Positions 41,369 through 51,700 of a stretch of 64,000 bases of DNA are shown in pieces. A model generated the notes under the pieces. It saw only the letters and a list, made by a program, of their open reading frames with translations, was not told the DNA's origin and searched no databases. Source of the DNA: an uncultured Nitrospinota bacterium (GTDB lineage Bacteria > Tectomicrobia > Entotheonellia > J063 > CAVPRW01); assembly GCA_963707985.1 (NCBI GenBank), contig CAVPRW010000046.1, positions 32,001 through 96,000 on the forward strand, read 5' to 3'. The translations under genes were made by a program, and so were the position numbers. Position 1 is the first letter of the stretch, and each line of letters opens with the position of its first letter.

Positions 41369-43659
41369 TCACCCTGAAATGGATGCTCGCCATCGGCATG
41401 GTGGCGGGACTGCTCGGTAGCCGGCCAGCATGCGGGTGCGGGCCGTTTTTCGAGCAGGCCATTTTCACTTATACTTTGCACCCCGATCTGCCATTGACGA
41501 ATTTTGCGCAGGGGCAACTGGGCATTCTGCAGCCAACGTACGCGCGATCCTACCTCTACGTGGCCTACCGCCACCTCATCGGCATGGGGTTTGATCAGGA
41601 GGAGCAGGCGGCGCTGGTGGCTCTGTGGGATGAACGGCTCAATCCGCAAGCCGACCTGTGGAACCCCAATGCCAGCGCTGCCGTCAAGGCCTGGTCTGAC
41701 GTGCGAACGCAGTTCGCTGCGGTAGGACCACTCCCACAAATCAACGTGTTCAAAGCCCTGGAAGCCCGCAATGGCGCATTCTATTATCATGAGTATGTGA
41801 ATTGCACGGCAGATGCCTTTCAAACGGCGGCGCACACCTTGACTGCGCGCATCGAGCAGTTTGGGGTCGATAGCGTCGACGTGCTGGACTGGGTGCGCGC
41901 CCAAGATCAGGTGTTCAGCAATTGCTCGGGGGTGCGGGCGATCCCAGCTCCCGCCGCCCCGCAAAGCCCCGAGATCCTCCAGAAGGATCGCGCCTACCAG
42001 ATCGCCGCGGCGCATTTCTATGCCGGCGATCTAGCGGCCGCTGAGCGCCTGTTTGGCGACATAGCTGATGATCCGGCGTCCCACTGGCGACCGCTGGCTC
42101 CATATCTCGTCGCCAGGTCGTTACTGCGCCAGGGCAGCCTGGTCCCACGCTATGACGATGTCGATACCGCCAAGCTCGCCGCCGCCCAACAGACGTTGAC
42201 TGCCATTCTAGACGACAAGAACCTGCAAGTCATCCACCCCGCCGCCAGACGCCTCCTGGCCGTGGTACGGGCGCGCTTGGAGCCGGCCGTGCGCGTGCAC
42301 GAGCTGGCGCAAAGCCTGCTCACGCCCCACAGTGGGCCAACGCTGAAGCAGGATCTGTGGGATTACACTCTCTTGCTAGACCGCGTCGCGGACGAACGCC
42401 ATGCCGCTGATGCCAGGGCCGCCCGCCGCGATGACTTGACGGATTGGATCCTGACCTTTCAGGACACCGGTCCCGCCGCTCTGGAGCATGCCCTGGAACG
42501 CTGGACATCGACGGCGGCGCTGCCGTGGATGGTAGCTGCCTTAACTAAGATCGACGTGGGGCATGCTAGGCATCGCGACCTGCTCGCCGCGGCGGAAAAG
42601 GTACCGCAGGAGGCGCCGGGGTTTGCCTCGGTGATGTTCCATCGTCTGCGTCTGCTGGCGGCCGCAGGGAAGCGGGATGAGGTACGCCAGCAGTTGGACA
42701 GTCTGCTCTCTCAAGCGCCGCCCACATTCCCGCCGTCGGGGCGCAATTTATTGCTGGCCTTGCGGATGAAACTGGCGCGCACGCGATATGAGTTCATGAC
42801 CTATGCGCCACGTCTGCCGGTGGCCATCACCTACAACATCGACGGGCGTGAGCTTCCGGAGAACATGGAGACGAACGAGCGCCTGCAGCTGATTGCGCAG
42901 GATCAGCCGCTCTTCGACGCCGACGCGGCACGGGTCTTCAATCGGCGATTGCCGCTCGACACCCTCAGGGAGATGGTACACCGTACCATTCTCCCCACCC
43001 ATCTGCGGCGTGAGCTGGCGATGGCCGTCCTGACGCGCTCCCTGATTATGAAAGAGGAGGACACCACCCGTGATCTGGTGCCGGTAGTCAAAACCCTGAT
43101 CCCGGAATTGGGGCCAGGCCTTGACGAATATCGTGCCACCATCAACCGAGACGCCAGAGCGTTTGCAGGAATCTTTATGATCCTGCGCTTCCCCGGCCTC
43201 AGGCCGTATGTGCAGGCTAATGTCGGGCGGTTGACTCCGATCGATCAAGTCGATAATTACCGCGACAACTGGTGGTGCGCCCTCGACCCCGCGACCATCG
43301 GTACCTCCCGAGACGGCGATCGACTTTCGGCGCCGCTGGAAATCCTCTACCGCAACGTGCAAGATCAGGCCTTTGAGTTTCTGAGTGCGTCACAAGCCAA
43401 TGCGGCCCAGCAAGAGCTGCAGCGACTGGCAAGTCTCGGGACGGCGCCGAACTACTTCAGCCAGCAAGTAATGGCCTGGGCACAGCGCGCCAGCAATGAC
43501 CCCCGTGTGCCAGAAGCTCTGCACCTGGTGGTGCGGGCGACCCGTTTTGGGTGCACCGATGCGGACACCGGCACTCTCTCCAAGGCGGCGTTCGATCTCC
43601 TGCACGAGCGTTACCCGAAAAGCCCGTGGGCACAGAAAACCAAGTACTGGTACAAGTAG
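41359..43659 (+). CDS. Large exported alpha-helical (TPR-like) protein paired with DUF3142
   Basis: Signal peptide then CGPFF; YQIAAAHFY, NWWC, PEALHL.VRATRFGC, AF.LLH.RYPKS.WA.KT.YWY. Confidence 0.8.
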   Translation: MAIITLKWMLAIGMVAGLLGSRPACGCGPFFEQAIFTYTLHPDLPLTNFAQGQLGILQPTYARSYLYVAYRHLIGMGFDQEEQAALVALWDERLNPQADLWNPNASAAVKAWSDVRTQFAAVGPLPQINVFKALEARNGAFYYHEYVNCTADAFQTAAHTLTARIEQFGVDSVDVLDWVRAQDQVFSNCSGVRAIPAPAAPQSPEILQKDRAYQIAAAHFYAGDLAAAERLFGDIADDPASHWRPLAPYLVARSLLRQGSLVPRYDDVDTAKLAAAQQTLTAILDDKNLQVIHPAARRLLAVVRARLEPAVRVHELAQSLLTPHSGPTLKQDLWDYTLLLDRVADERHAADARAARRDDLTDWILTFQDTGPAALEHALERWTSTAALPWMVAALTKIDVGHARHRDLLAAAEKVPQEAPGFASVMFHRLRLLAAAGKRDEVRQQLDSLLSQAPPTFPPSGRNLLLALRMKLARTRYEFMTYAPRLPVAITYNIDGRELPENMETNERLQLIAQDQPLFDADAARVFNRRLPLDTLREMVHRTILPTHLRRELAMAVLTRSLIMKEEDTTRDLVPVVKTLIPELGPGLDEYRATINRDARAFAGIFMILRFPGLRPYVQANVGRLTPIDQVDNYRDNWWCALDPATIGTSRDGDRLSAPLEILYRNVQDQAFEFLSASQANAAQQELQRLASLGTAPNYFSQQVMAWAQRASNDPRVPEALHLVVRATRFGCTDADTGTLSKAAFDLLHERYPKSPWAQKTKYWYK

Positions 43660-43770
43660 ACGCCATCGGCACCATCCTGCTTGGCGACCGCAGCAGCCTG
43701 TGGTATAAGGGGCGCAAAGTTCCCTTTCCGCGTAGGAGCATACGCACCAGGGTTCCTACCCAGACATCGT

Positions 43771-43806
43771 TCCCTCTCCCTCTGGGAAGAGGGTGAGGGT
43801 GAGGGA
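43771..43806. repeat. REP-like palindrome, copy 1
   Basis: CCCTCTCCC-TCT-GGGAAGAGGGTGAGGGTGAGGGA. Confidence 0.75.
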
Positions 43807-43868
43807 GAAGATGCAGAGATGTTCCTCCACGCCACGACTAACGTTTCATCATAGAAGGATAACCACGC

Positions 43869-45170
43869 ATGGATGCAGCTGAATCGCAAACCCTCGATGC
43901 CCGTATCGCCGCTCTCGAAGCCGAGCTCTGGCAACTCAAACGGCAGCGGGCCCAACGTGCCGGACCATCGCCCAAAGCGCTCGACGGCATTCGGGTACTG
44001 GATTTGTCGCGCTTCATCTTCGGGCCATTCTGCACACAGATGCTTGCCGACATGGGAGCGGACATCATCAAGGTCGAGCCCATCGGCATCGGCGATCCGG
44101 CTCGGCTGGCTGGTATCATCTCGGTCAACGGCGTCAGCACCTCATTTCTTGCCCGCAACCGTAACAAGCGCAGCATCTGCCTCGACCTGCGCACAGCGGC
44201 CGGTCAGGAGATCGCGCTGCGCTTGGTGGACCGCTGCGACGTCCTCATCCATAACTTCCGCCCCGATGTCATGCCCCGCCTGGGACTCGACCCCAAACGC
44301 GTGCGCGAACGCAATCCTGCTTTGATCTACTGCTCGCTGTCGGGTTATGGCCAGACTGGCCCCCGTGCTGACTGGCCAGGGCAGGATCTGCTGGTGCAGG
44401 CGATGTCGGGGATCATCAGCACGACCGGATGGGACGATGGCCCGCCGGTGGCGGTTGGCGCCTATATGGCCGATGTCGCCGGCGCGTTGACGGCCGCCTA
44501 TGGCGTGCTGACGGCGCTCTACGCCCGTTCGCAGTATGGTATCGGGCAGGAGATCGAAGTGTCGTTGCTGGACTCCATGATCGCCTTTCAAGCGATGGAG
44601 ACCGTGTCGTTCCTCAATTCCAACATCCTGCCCCGCAAGAGCGGAAGCGGCCACTGGCTGCTGCCGCAACCCTATGGCATCTATCACACCAAAGACAAGG
44701 ATCTGGCGGTCAATGCGCATTCGAACGACTGGTGGGGGCGCCTGTGTCGCGCCCCAGCTTTTGCCCATCTCGGTACTGACCCGCGCTTAGCCACCTCGGC
44801 CGGCCGTCTGGAACACCGCGCCGAGCTCACCCAGGCCATGCAAGCGATCTTACTCACCAAAACCCGCGAAGAGTGGCTGGAATACCTGGGCCAATACGAT
44901 GTGCTGTGCGCCCCGGTCTACGATTACCAGGAACTGTTCGCCGACCCGCAGGTCCATCACAACCAGATGGTAGTCGAGCAGGAGCATCCCAAGGCGGGCC
45001 GGGTCAAGGTGATCGGCATCCCGGTGAAATTCTCCGAGACGCCAGGCGAGGTCGGCCCCGCCGCCCCGCTGTTGGGCGAGCACACCGAGGAGATCCTGCA
45101 CTGGCTGGGATATGATGCGGAAACGATCAATCGGCTACGTCAAGAGAAAGTGCTGAGTCCTGAGTCGTAA
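43869..45170 (+). CDS. CaiB/BaiF family III CoA-transferase
   Basis: LDGIRVLDLS, LADMGADIIKVE, NRNKRS, HNFRP, SGYGQTGP, APLLGEHT. Confidence 0.95.
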   Translation: MDAAESQTLDARIAALEAELWQLKRQRAQRAGPSPKALDGIRVLDLSRFIFGPFCTQMLADMGADIIKVEPIGIGDPARLAGIISVNGVSTSFLARNRNKRSICLDLRTAAGQEIALRLVDRCDVLIHNFRPDVMPRLGLDPKRVRERNPALIYCSLSGYGQTGPRADWPGQDLLVQAMSGIISTTGWDDGPPVAVGAYMADVAGALTAAYGVLTALYARSQYGIGQEIEVSLLDSMIAFQAMETVSFLNSNILPRKSGSGHWLLPQPYGIYHTKDKDLAVNAHSNDWWGRLCRAPAFAHLGTDPRLATSAGRLEHRAELTQAMQAILLTKTREEWLEYLGQYDVLCAPVYDYQELFADPQVHHNQMVVEQEHPKAGRVKVIGIPVKFSETPGEVGPAAPLLGEHTEEILHWLGYDAETINRLRQEKVLSPES

Positions 45171-45258
45171 GCGCCGTGTGCCAGGTGCTCGATTTAGGAT
45201 CGTTATGCCTCTCAGCACACATCCCTCAGCACTCAGCACGACTGTGAGGAGATTCGCC

Positions 45259-46218
45259 ATGCCCTTCAAGCTCGTCATGGTCCCACCCAATACGCAGCCC
45301 GACTGGCCCGAGAAGATTCGCGCCGCCGTGCCCGATTGTCACGTGCAGCTCTTTGACTCGGCCGAAGCCGCCATGGAGGCGATCGTCGATGCCGACGCCG
45401 CCTACGGCAACATCGTTCCCGAGCTGTTCCGCCGTGCCAAAAAGCTGCGTTGGATTCAAGCGCCAGCGGCGGCTCCCCCGGTAGGCTACTATCACCAGGA
45501 GCTCATCGACAGCGACGTCATCGTCACCAATCAGCGCGAGATCTACAACGATCACATCAGCGCCCACATCATGGCTTTTGTCCTGGCCTTTGCGCGCGGC
45601 CTGCAGCGCTACATCCCGCAGCAGCTCAATAGCCAGTGGCAAAGACAGGGCCTCGAGGCCACCATCTACCTGCCCGAGGCCACCGCCCTGATCGTCGGTG
45701 TCGGCGGCATCGGCGGCGAAGCCTCGCGGCTGTGCGCTGCATTTGGCATGACCGTTCTGGGGCTGGACCCACGTCGCTCCGAGGCCCCCACCAGTATGAA
45801 GGAGCTGCATCGCCCGGACGAATTGCATCATCTCCTGCCGCAGGCCGATTTCGTCATCATGACCGTGCCCCAAACGCCGCAAACCCGCAACATGATGGCA
45901 GCGCGGGAGTTCAGACTGATGAAGAAGCCGGGTTTCTTGATCAATATCGGACGCGGCGGCTGCGTGGTCCTCGACGACCTGGTCGAGGCACTGCGGGCCG
46001 GAGAGATCGCCGGGGCTGGCCTGGATGTGTTCCAGACCGAGCCGTTGCCACCGGAGCATCCCCTGTGGACCATGCCCGGCGTGCTGATCACGCCACACGT
46101 CGCCGGGGTCGGACCATATTTACCGGAGCGTCGCACCGAGCTGCTGCTGGAAAATTGCCGTCGGTTCAGCGCAGGACAGCCGTTGCTCAACGTTGTCGAT
46201 AAAACCAACTGGTTCTGA
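45259..46218 (+). CDS. D-2-hydroxyacid dehydrogenase
   Basis: GVGGIG, INIGRG, GAGLDVF..EPLP, ITPHVAG. Confidence 0.95.
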   Translation: MPFKLVMVPPNTQPDWPEKIRAAVPDCHVQLFDSAEAAMEAIVDADAAYGNIVPELFRRAKKLRWIQAPAAAPPVGYYHQELIDSDVIVTNQREIYNDHISAHIMAFVLAFARGLQRYIPQQLNSQWQRQGLEATIYLPEATALIVGVGGIGGEASRLCAAFGMTVLGLDPRRSEAPTSMKELHRPDELHHLLPQADFVIMTVPQTPQTRNMMAAREFRLMKKPGFLINIGRGGCVVLDDLVEALRAGEIAGAGLDVFQTEPLPPEHPLWTMPGVLITPHVAGVGPYLPERRTELLLENCRRFSAGQPLLNVVDKTNWF

Positions 46219-46329
46219 ACGCACGTCATTCATCTTCTCTCCCCGTTGCCCTCTCGGGAAGATGGAATGGGCGGGGATGAGCCTCTTGCCCCCTCTCTCC
46301 TGAGAGACGGCCGGAGCGCGGCCGTTGTC

Positions 46330-46364
46330 CCCCTCTCCCTCCGGGAGAGGGTTGGGGTGAGGGG
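46330..46364. repeat. REP-like palindrome, copy 2 (degenerate copies just upstream)
   Basis: CCCTCTCCC-TCC-GGGAGAGGGTTGGGGTGAGGGG. Confidence 0.8.
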
Positions 46365-46394
46365 AAAAGAGCAACAATCTGAGGGACACAGACG

Positions 46395-47129
46395 ATGGAG
46401 CAGCCTTTTCGACCCGAGCATTTTCAGCGCCTCGATGAAAACCCTGACCCCGAGTTCTACAGCTTCCCGCGCAAGGTCGTCCACATCGATGACGCCGCCA
46501 TCGAGGCGATCAAGCAGTTCTTTGCCGAGACCTTACCGCCCAACGGCGTGATTCTCGATCTGCTGAGTAGCTGGCGCTCGCACTGGCCAGCAGAATTGCC
46601 GAAGCAGCGCCTGGTGGGGTTGGGACTCAACGCCGAGGAAATGGCCGACAACCCGCATCTGGACGACTACGTGGTGCACAACGCCAACGCCGACCCACGT
46701 CTGCCGTTCGACGACAATCTGTTCGATGCCGTGGTGTTGACCGTCTCGATCCAGTATCTGACGCAGCCTATCGAAGTCTTCCGTGACGTCAATCGCATTC
46801 TGAAGCCCGGCGGTCTCTTCGCGGTGATCTTCTCCAATCGCATGTTTCCCACCAAAGCCGTAGCCGTGTGGCGGGCCATGGGCGACGACCAGCATATCAA
46901 ACTGGTGAACTCGTATTTCCATTATGCCGGCAATTTCGTGGAGTTGGAAGCCCAGGATCGCTCCCCACAGGCCGACGAGTATACCGACCCGGTCTATATC
47001 GTCATGGCCCGCAAGGGGAGGCGGAGGGTGACCCATCGATCTTCGCCCCAGAGAGCTGGCGTCTCGATTTCCGCTCCTGCTGGGAGAGCCTATGCTTATC
47101 CCCCTCCCTCCGGGAGAGGGTCAGGGTGA
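46395..47129 (+). CDS. Class I SAM-dependent methyltransferase (type 11-like)
   Basis: FY..PRKVVHIDD, ILDLLSSWRSH, GLGLNAEEM..N, FSNRMFPTKA. Confidence 0.9.
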   Translation: MEQPFRPEHFQRLDENPDPEFYSFPRKVVHIDDAAIEAIKQFFAETLPPNGVILDLLSSWRSHWPAELPKQRLVGLGLNAEEMADNPHLDDYVVHNANADPRLPFDDNLFDAVVLTVSIQYLTQPIEVFRDVNRILKPGGLFAVIFSNRMFPTKAVAVWRAMGDDQHIKLVNSYFHYAGNFVELEAQDRSPQADEYTDPVYIVMARKGRRRVTHRSSPQRAGVSISAPAGRAYAYPPPSGRGSG

Positions 47130-47133
47130 GGGA
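47100..47133. repeat. REP-like palindrome, copy 3
   Basis: CCCCTCCCTCCGGGAGAGGGTCAGGGTGAGGGA. Confidence 0.75.
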
Positions 47134-47136
47134 GAT

Positions 47137-48021
47137 ATGCCAACCGCCATCCGTCCCCGCCGCAGCGTCCTTTTCATGCCCGGCTCCAATGCCCGTGCCC
47201 TCGAACGCGCCAAGACGCTGCCAGCCGATGCGCTGATATTCGATCTCGAAGATGCCGTGGCCCCCGACGCCAAAGCCATGGCACGCCAGATGGTATGCGA
47301 TACCGTGCGCGCTGGCGGCTATGGCAAACGTGAACTGATCGTCCGTGTCAATGCTCTAGCGACCCCGTGGGGCGATGCCGACCTCGCCGCCGTGGCCACC
47401 TGTGGCGCCGACGCCATCCTGTTGCCGAAGGTCGACAGCGCCGATACGGTGCGGCAAGTCTCAAGCATCCTGATCACGCACGGAGCCCCCGAGCAGCTGG
47501 CCATCTGGTGCATGCTCGAAACGCCACGCGGTATCCTGCGAGCCGAGGACATCGCTGCCAGTCCGCGCGTCGGCGCGTTAGTCATGGGCACTTCCGATCT
47601 GACCACAGAGCTGCATGCCCGCCACACCCGCGAGCGCTTGCCCATGCTGCCGAGTCTCGGCTGGTGTCTTCTGATCGGCCGTGCCTATGGTCTGACGATG
47701 CTTGACGGCGTGCATCTCGACCTCAACGACGATGCAGGCTTTGAATATGCCTGTCGCCAGGCCGCCGACATGGGCTTCGACGGCAAGACCCTGATCCACC
47801 CCAAGACCATCGCCGTCGCCAATGTGATTTTCGCGCCATCTCCAACCGACCTCGCCTCGGCCCGCAAGATCATCGCCGCTCACGCTGAGGCCACGGCGCA
47901 GGGCAAGGGGGTGGTCGTCGTCGATGGCCGTCTGATCGAGAACCTGCACGTGGAAGAAGCCCATCGCCTGATCGGACTGGCCGAGCTGATTGCGGAATTG
48001 GAGGCCGAGGTAGGATCATGA
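47137..48021 (+). CDS. HpcH/HpaI aldolase / CitE-like CoA-ester lyase (malyl-CoA lyase-like)
   Basis: RRSVLFMPG, DLEDAVAP, VRVN, LETP, GFDGKTLIHP, GRLIENLH. Confidence 0.93.
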   Translation: MPTAIRPRRSVLFMPGSNARALERAKTLPADALIFDLEDAVAPDAKAMARQMVCDTVRAGGYGKRELIVRVNALATPWGDADLAAVATCGADAILLPKVDSADTVRQVSSILITHGAPEQLAIWCMLETPRGILRAEDIAASPRVGALVMGTSDLTTELHARHTRERLPMLPSLGWCLLIGRAYGLTMLDGVHLDLNDDAGFEYACRQAADMGFDGKTLIHPKTIAVANVIFAPSPTDLASARKIIAAHAEATAQGKGVVVVDGRLIENLHVEEAHRLIGLAELIAELEAEVGS

Positions 48022-48046
48022 GCCTGTTAGAATACCTGAAAGGCAG

Positions 48047-48403
48047 GTGATGACCGTGAATCCAGCGAGACGACCGCGATTCAGGTATGACGCCTTCATC
48101 AGCTACAGCCACCGCAATAAGGATTGGGTACGCAGCTGGCTTGTGCCACAGTTGCGGAATTCTGGGCTAAAGATTTGTATTGATTATGAGAGCTTCGAAC
48201 CCGGGGCGCCGTCTCTCACCGAAATGGAGCGGGCGGTACTCCAAAGTCGTAAAACCGTTCTTGTCCTGACACCGGAGTACCTGCAGAGTGGGTGGACAGA
48301 GTTCGAAAACATCCTGGTGCAGACACTCGATCCAGCGGGTCGCCAAGCACGACTCCTTCCAGTACTCCTTGTACATTGTCAGCGATTCCCGCTAGCTGCG
48401 TAA
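48047..48403 (+). CDS. TIR domain (TIR_2), probably the N-terminal part of an interrupted TIR-AAA_35 gene
   Basis: YDAFISYSH, FEPG, SRKTVLVLTPEYLQSGWTEFE (catalytic-type Glu retained), LLPVLL. Confidence 0.88.
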   Translation: MMTVNPARRPRFRYDAFISYSHRNKDWVRSWLVPQLRNSGLKICIDYESFEPGAPSLTEMERAVLQSRKTVLVLTPEYLQSGWTEFENILVQTLDPAGRQARLLPVLLVHCQRFPLAA

Positions 48404-48475
48404 CCCTATAATAATCAATGGGCTAAAAAATGCCCTTTCGTAAACGTAACATCTTCTGACTTTATTGAATACTGC

Positions 48476-48707
48476 CACCGCAGACGTTGGACCATTTGGC
48501 GATCATCTACACCATTACAGGAATCTCCTTGAGGCCGAACCGACACAACGGCAGGGGATGAGGCAGGTGATCAACAATGGAAACTGTCCCAGCTATGGAG
48601 TATTCTTGCGGTTGCGATCACTGGGGTTGATCACGGGCGTCAGCCACACTGCAGCCCAACCAAGATGCCAGACCTATGCGGTGTATTTTCAGAGGGTGTT
48701 GTCATGA
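48476..48707 (+). pseudogene. C-terminal winged-helix remnant of an AAA_35-type protein
   Basis: GPFGDHL...LRLRSLGLI...PRCQTYAVYFQRVL; ATGA overlap with the next gene. Confidence 0.65.
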
Positions 48708-51700
48708 GGCGGGTCAACGCATCAGACCACTTTTATCAGGTGGGCGGCACCATGCATAGCAATACGTCGAGTTACGTGCAGCGCGAAGCCGACTTGGAGC
48801 TTGTGGAGCGCGCGGTGCGGAGACTTCTGTTACGTGCTCACGCCTCGACAGATGGGGAAGTCGAGCCTCATGATGCACACCGCCACGCAGCTGAAGAAAC
48901 GGCGTATTCACAGTGTTGTCATCGATCTTCAGGGCAAGATCGATCGTGGCATGGCAGCCGAGGCGTTCTATGCCGGTCTGGTCGACGACTTATTCGACAG
49001 CTCCAGTTACCGGTCAAGCTCGAACACTGGTGGCGTGACCATGCGCTACTCAGTGCCACCCAGCGCTTCTCGGATTTCGTGGCGGATGAGTCGCTAGGGC
49101 GCGTTACAGAAACGGGTGGTCGTGTTCATCGATGAGATCGATTCGACGCTGAACCTCGACTTTTCCGATGACTTTTTCGCAGCTATTCGTGCCTTCTATA
49201 ACCAGCGCGCACGGAATGCGAGCCTCAACCGAATCACGGTGGTCATGTTAGGCGTGGCTGCCCCTCAGGATCTCATCAAAGACCGAGCGCGCTCGCCCTT
49301 CAATATCGGTCATCGCATCGAGCTGACCGACTTTACGCTCGCCGAAGCAGGAACCTTGACTGCCGGGTTGCCAGTGGACAAGACGACAGCGGCACTGTGC
49401 CTAGCTCGCGTGTTCGATTGGACCGGCGGCCATCCTTACCTCACCCAAACAGTGTGTGCCGCCTTAGCCACGGATGCACAATCGCATTGGGATCACCAGG
49501 ACATCGATCATCTCATCAAGCGGCTCTTCTTCTCGGATGCGACATGGAGCGACCCGAATCTGGCCAATACCCGTGACCGTTTGGTCGAGGATCAGGAGTA
49601 TTCCGACGCCCTCCTGGATGTCTATCGACGCATCCTTGCAGGAGAGCTCGTGCGGGACGATGAACGTTCGCCGGTGCATGTGCGCTTGAAACTATCAGGG
49701 ATTGTGAAAGTGTTCCCCGGCGGTGTGCTGCGACCACGCAATCAGATCTACGAGCAACTGTTCGACCTCGCCTGGGTAGACACCGTGCTCCATTCGGACA
49801 AGCTGCACCAGGCGATCGCTGCGTTAGAAGCTCAACAGCGTGACTTGGGCCTGGACTTTACCCAGCAAATCACCGAGCTGCAGCAGCGTCTGAGAGACAT
49901 GGGAAACGTGGTGCAACATGGTTCTGGGGCCATGGCCACCACTGGCGGAGTTGCCGCCGGCGCCGGAGGCGTGGCCGTTGGGGGTGATTTGGCCGGAAAC
50001 GTGTTCATCGGCAGCACCGTCAACATCTCTAGCGGTCGTTATACCGGCCCGTCGACCAACGACCCCAGTGAAGCGTTTGCCATCTACCGCCGCGTGCTGG
50101 TGGACGGTTGCCGCCATATGTCGCTGCGGGGACTGGATGTCGACGCTAGCGACCCAACCGGCAGTCAAAAGCGTTTCGATCTCGCACAGGTCTATGTCGA
50201 CCTGCATACAACCACGCAGATCCCCCTGACCAATAAGGGAAAACGGCGGCGTGCAGAGCACACGCCATCGGCAGAACGGGAGACTCGCCCGCTGGGCGTG
50301 CTTGAGGCTGTCGTCGGCCAGCGCCATGTGGTCCTTCTAGGTGATCCCGGCTCCGGCAAGTCCACCTTCGTCACACACCTGGCGCTTTGCCTCGCCACAC
50401 ATGCCCTGGAGCCTGGGAAAAAGTGGCTGGCTCGTCTCACCGGTTGGCCGCAACAGGAAGCTGACCTCGTACCCGTCAGCGTCGTCCTGCGGGATTTTGC
50501 GCGCTGGCTCCCGCCTAAGGCGAAAAAGGCTGAGCCACGTCATCTGTGGAACTTCATTGTCGACCGTCTCAAGGCCCAGAATCTGGCTTTCGTGGCCAAG
50601 CCGTTGCATGACAGGCTCGAACATGGCAGGGCTATCCTCTTACTGGACGGTCTCGATGAAATTCCCACCCAACGGCATCGCACCTTCATTCGTGACGCGG
50701 TGGCCGCCTTCGCCACTCGCTACTCGCAGTGTCGCGTCCTCGTCACCTGTCGGACGTTCTCCTACCAGGACCCAGCCTGGCAGCTCAGCGACTTCCAGAG
50801 CTTCACCCTGGCCCCCTTCAGCGCAGAGCAGATCGACCGCTTCATCGCCGCCTGGCATGACGAACTGGTCCGACTGGGTACCATCAAATCGGGAGCGATC
50901 GAGGGGGCAAGCCGGCAGTTACAAGCGGCCGTGCGCCGCCCAGACCTCTGGCGGCTGGCATCGAACCCGCTGCTGCTGACCGTGATGGCCCTGGTGCATA
51001 CCCACAAAGGCCGACTCCCCGAGGCCCGCGCCCTGCTCTACGAAGAGACGATCGACATTCTGCTCTGGCGCTGGGAACAGGTCAAGGCCAGTGGTGAGGA
51101 TGAGGCGCCTCCCCTGCGCCAACTGCTGGCACAGGCGAATCGCACCGATGTGGACCTGAAGCGGGCGCTGTGGCGGCTGGCCTTCGAGGCGCATCGCGAG
51201 GGCGGGACCACAGACGGCGAGGCGGTGGCCGACATCGGTGAGTCGCGACTCAACAAGGCACTCGTCGAGCTGCATCCGGATAAAAGCCGCGATTGGGCGC
51301 ATCAGGTGGTCGAGGTCATGAAGCTGCGCGCCGGGCTGCTGCTGGAGCGCGTCCCAGAGGTGTATACGTTTCCCCATCGGACCTTCCAGGAATATCTGGC
51401 GGGCGCCCATCTCTCGATTCAGTCCGATTTCGCCCAGCACGGGGCACGGTTGGCGGCTGAAGGGGTCTTCTGGCACCAGGTCGTGTTGCTGGCCGTGGGC
51501 CGACTGGTCTATCTGAGTGGGGAAACCGCCAAGCCGCTGGCCCTGGTGGCAGAGCTCTGTCCGGCGGCGGTGGTGGATACGGACGTGGCCTGGAGACAGG
51601 CCTGGCTGGCAGGCGAGGCGCTGCTGGAAATGGGCTTGAACCGCGTCGACGAAAGCGCCCTCGGGCGCGAGTTGGTCGCGCGCCTGCGTGGTCGCCTGGT

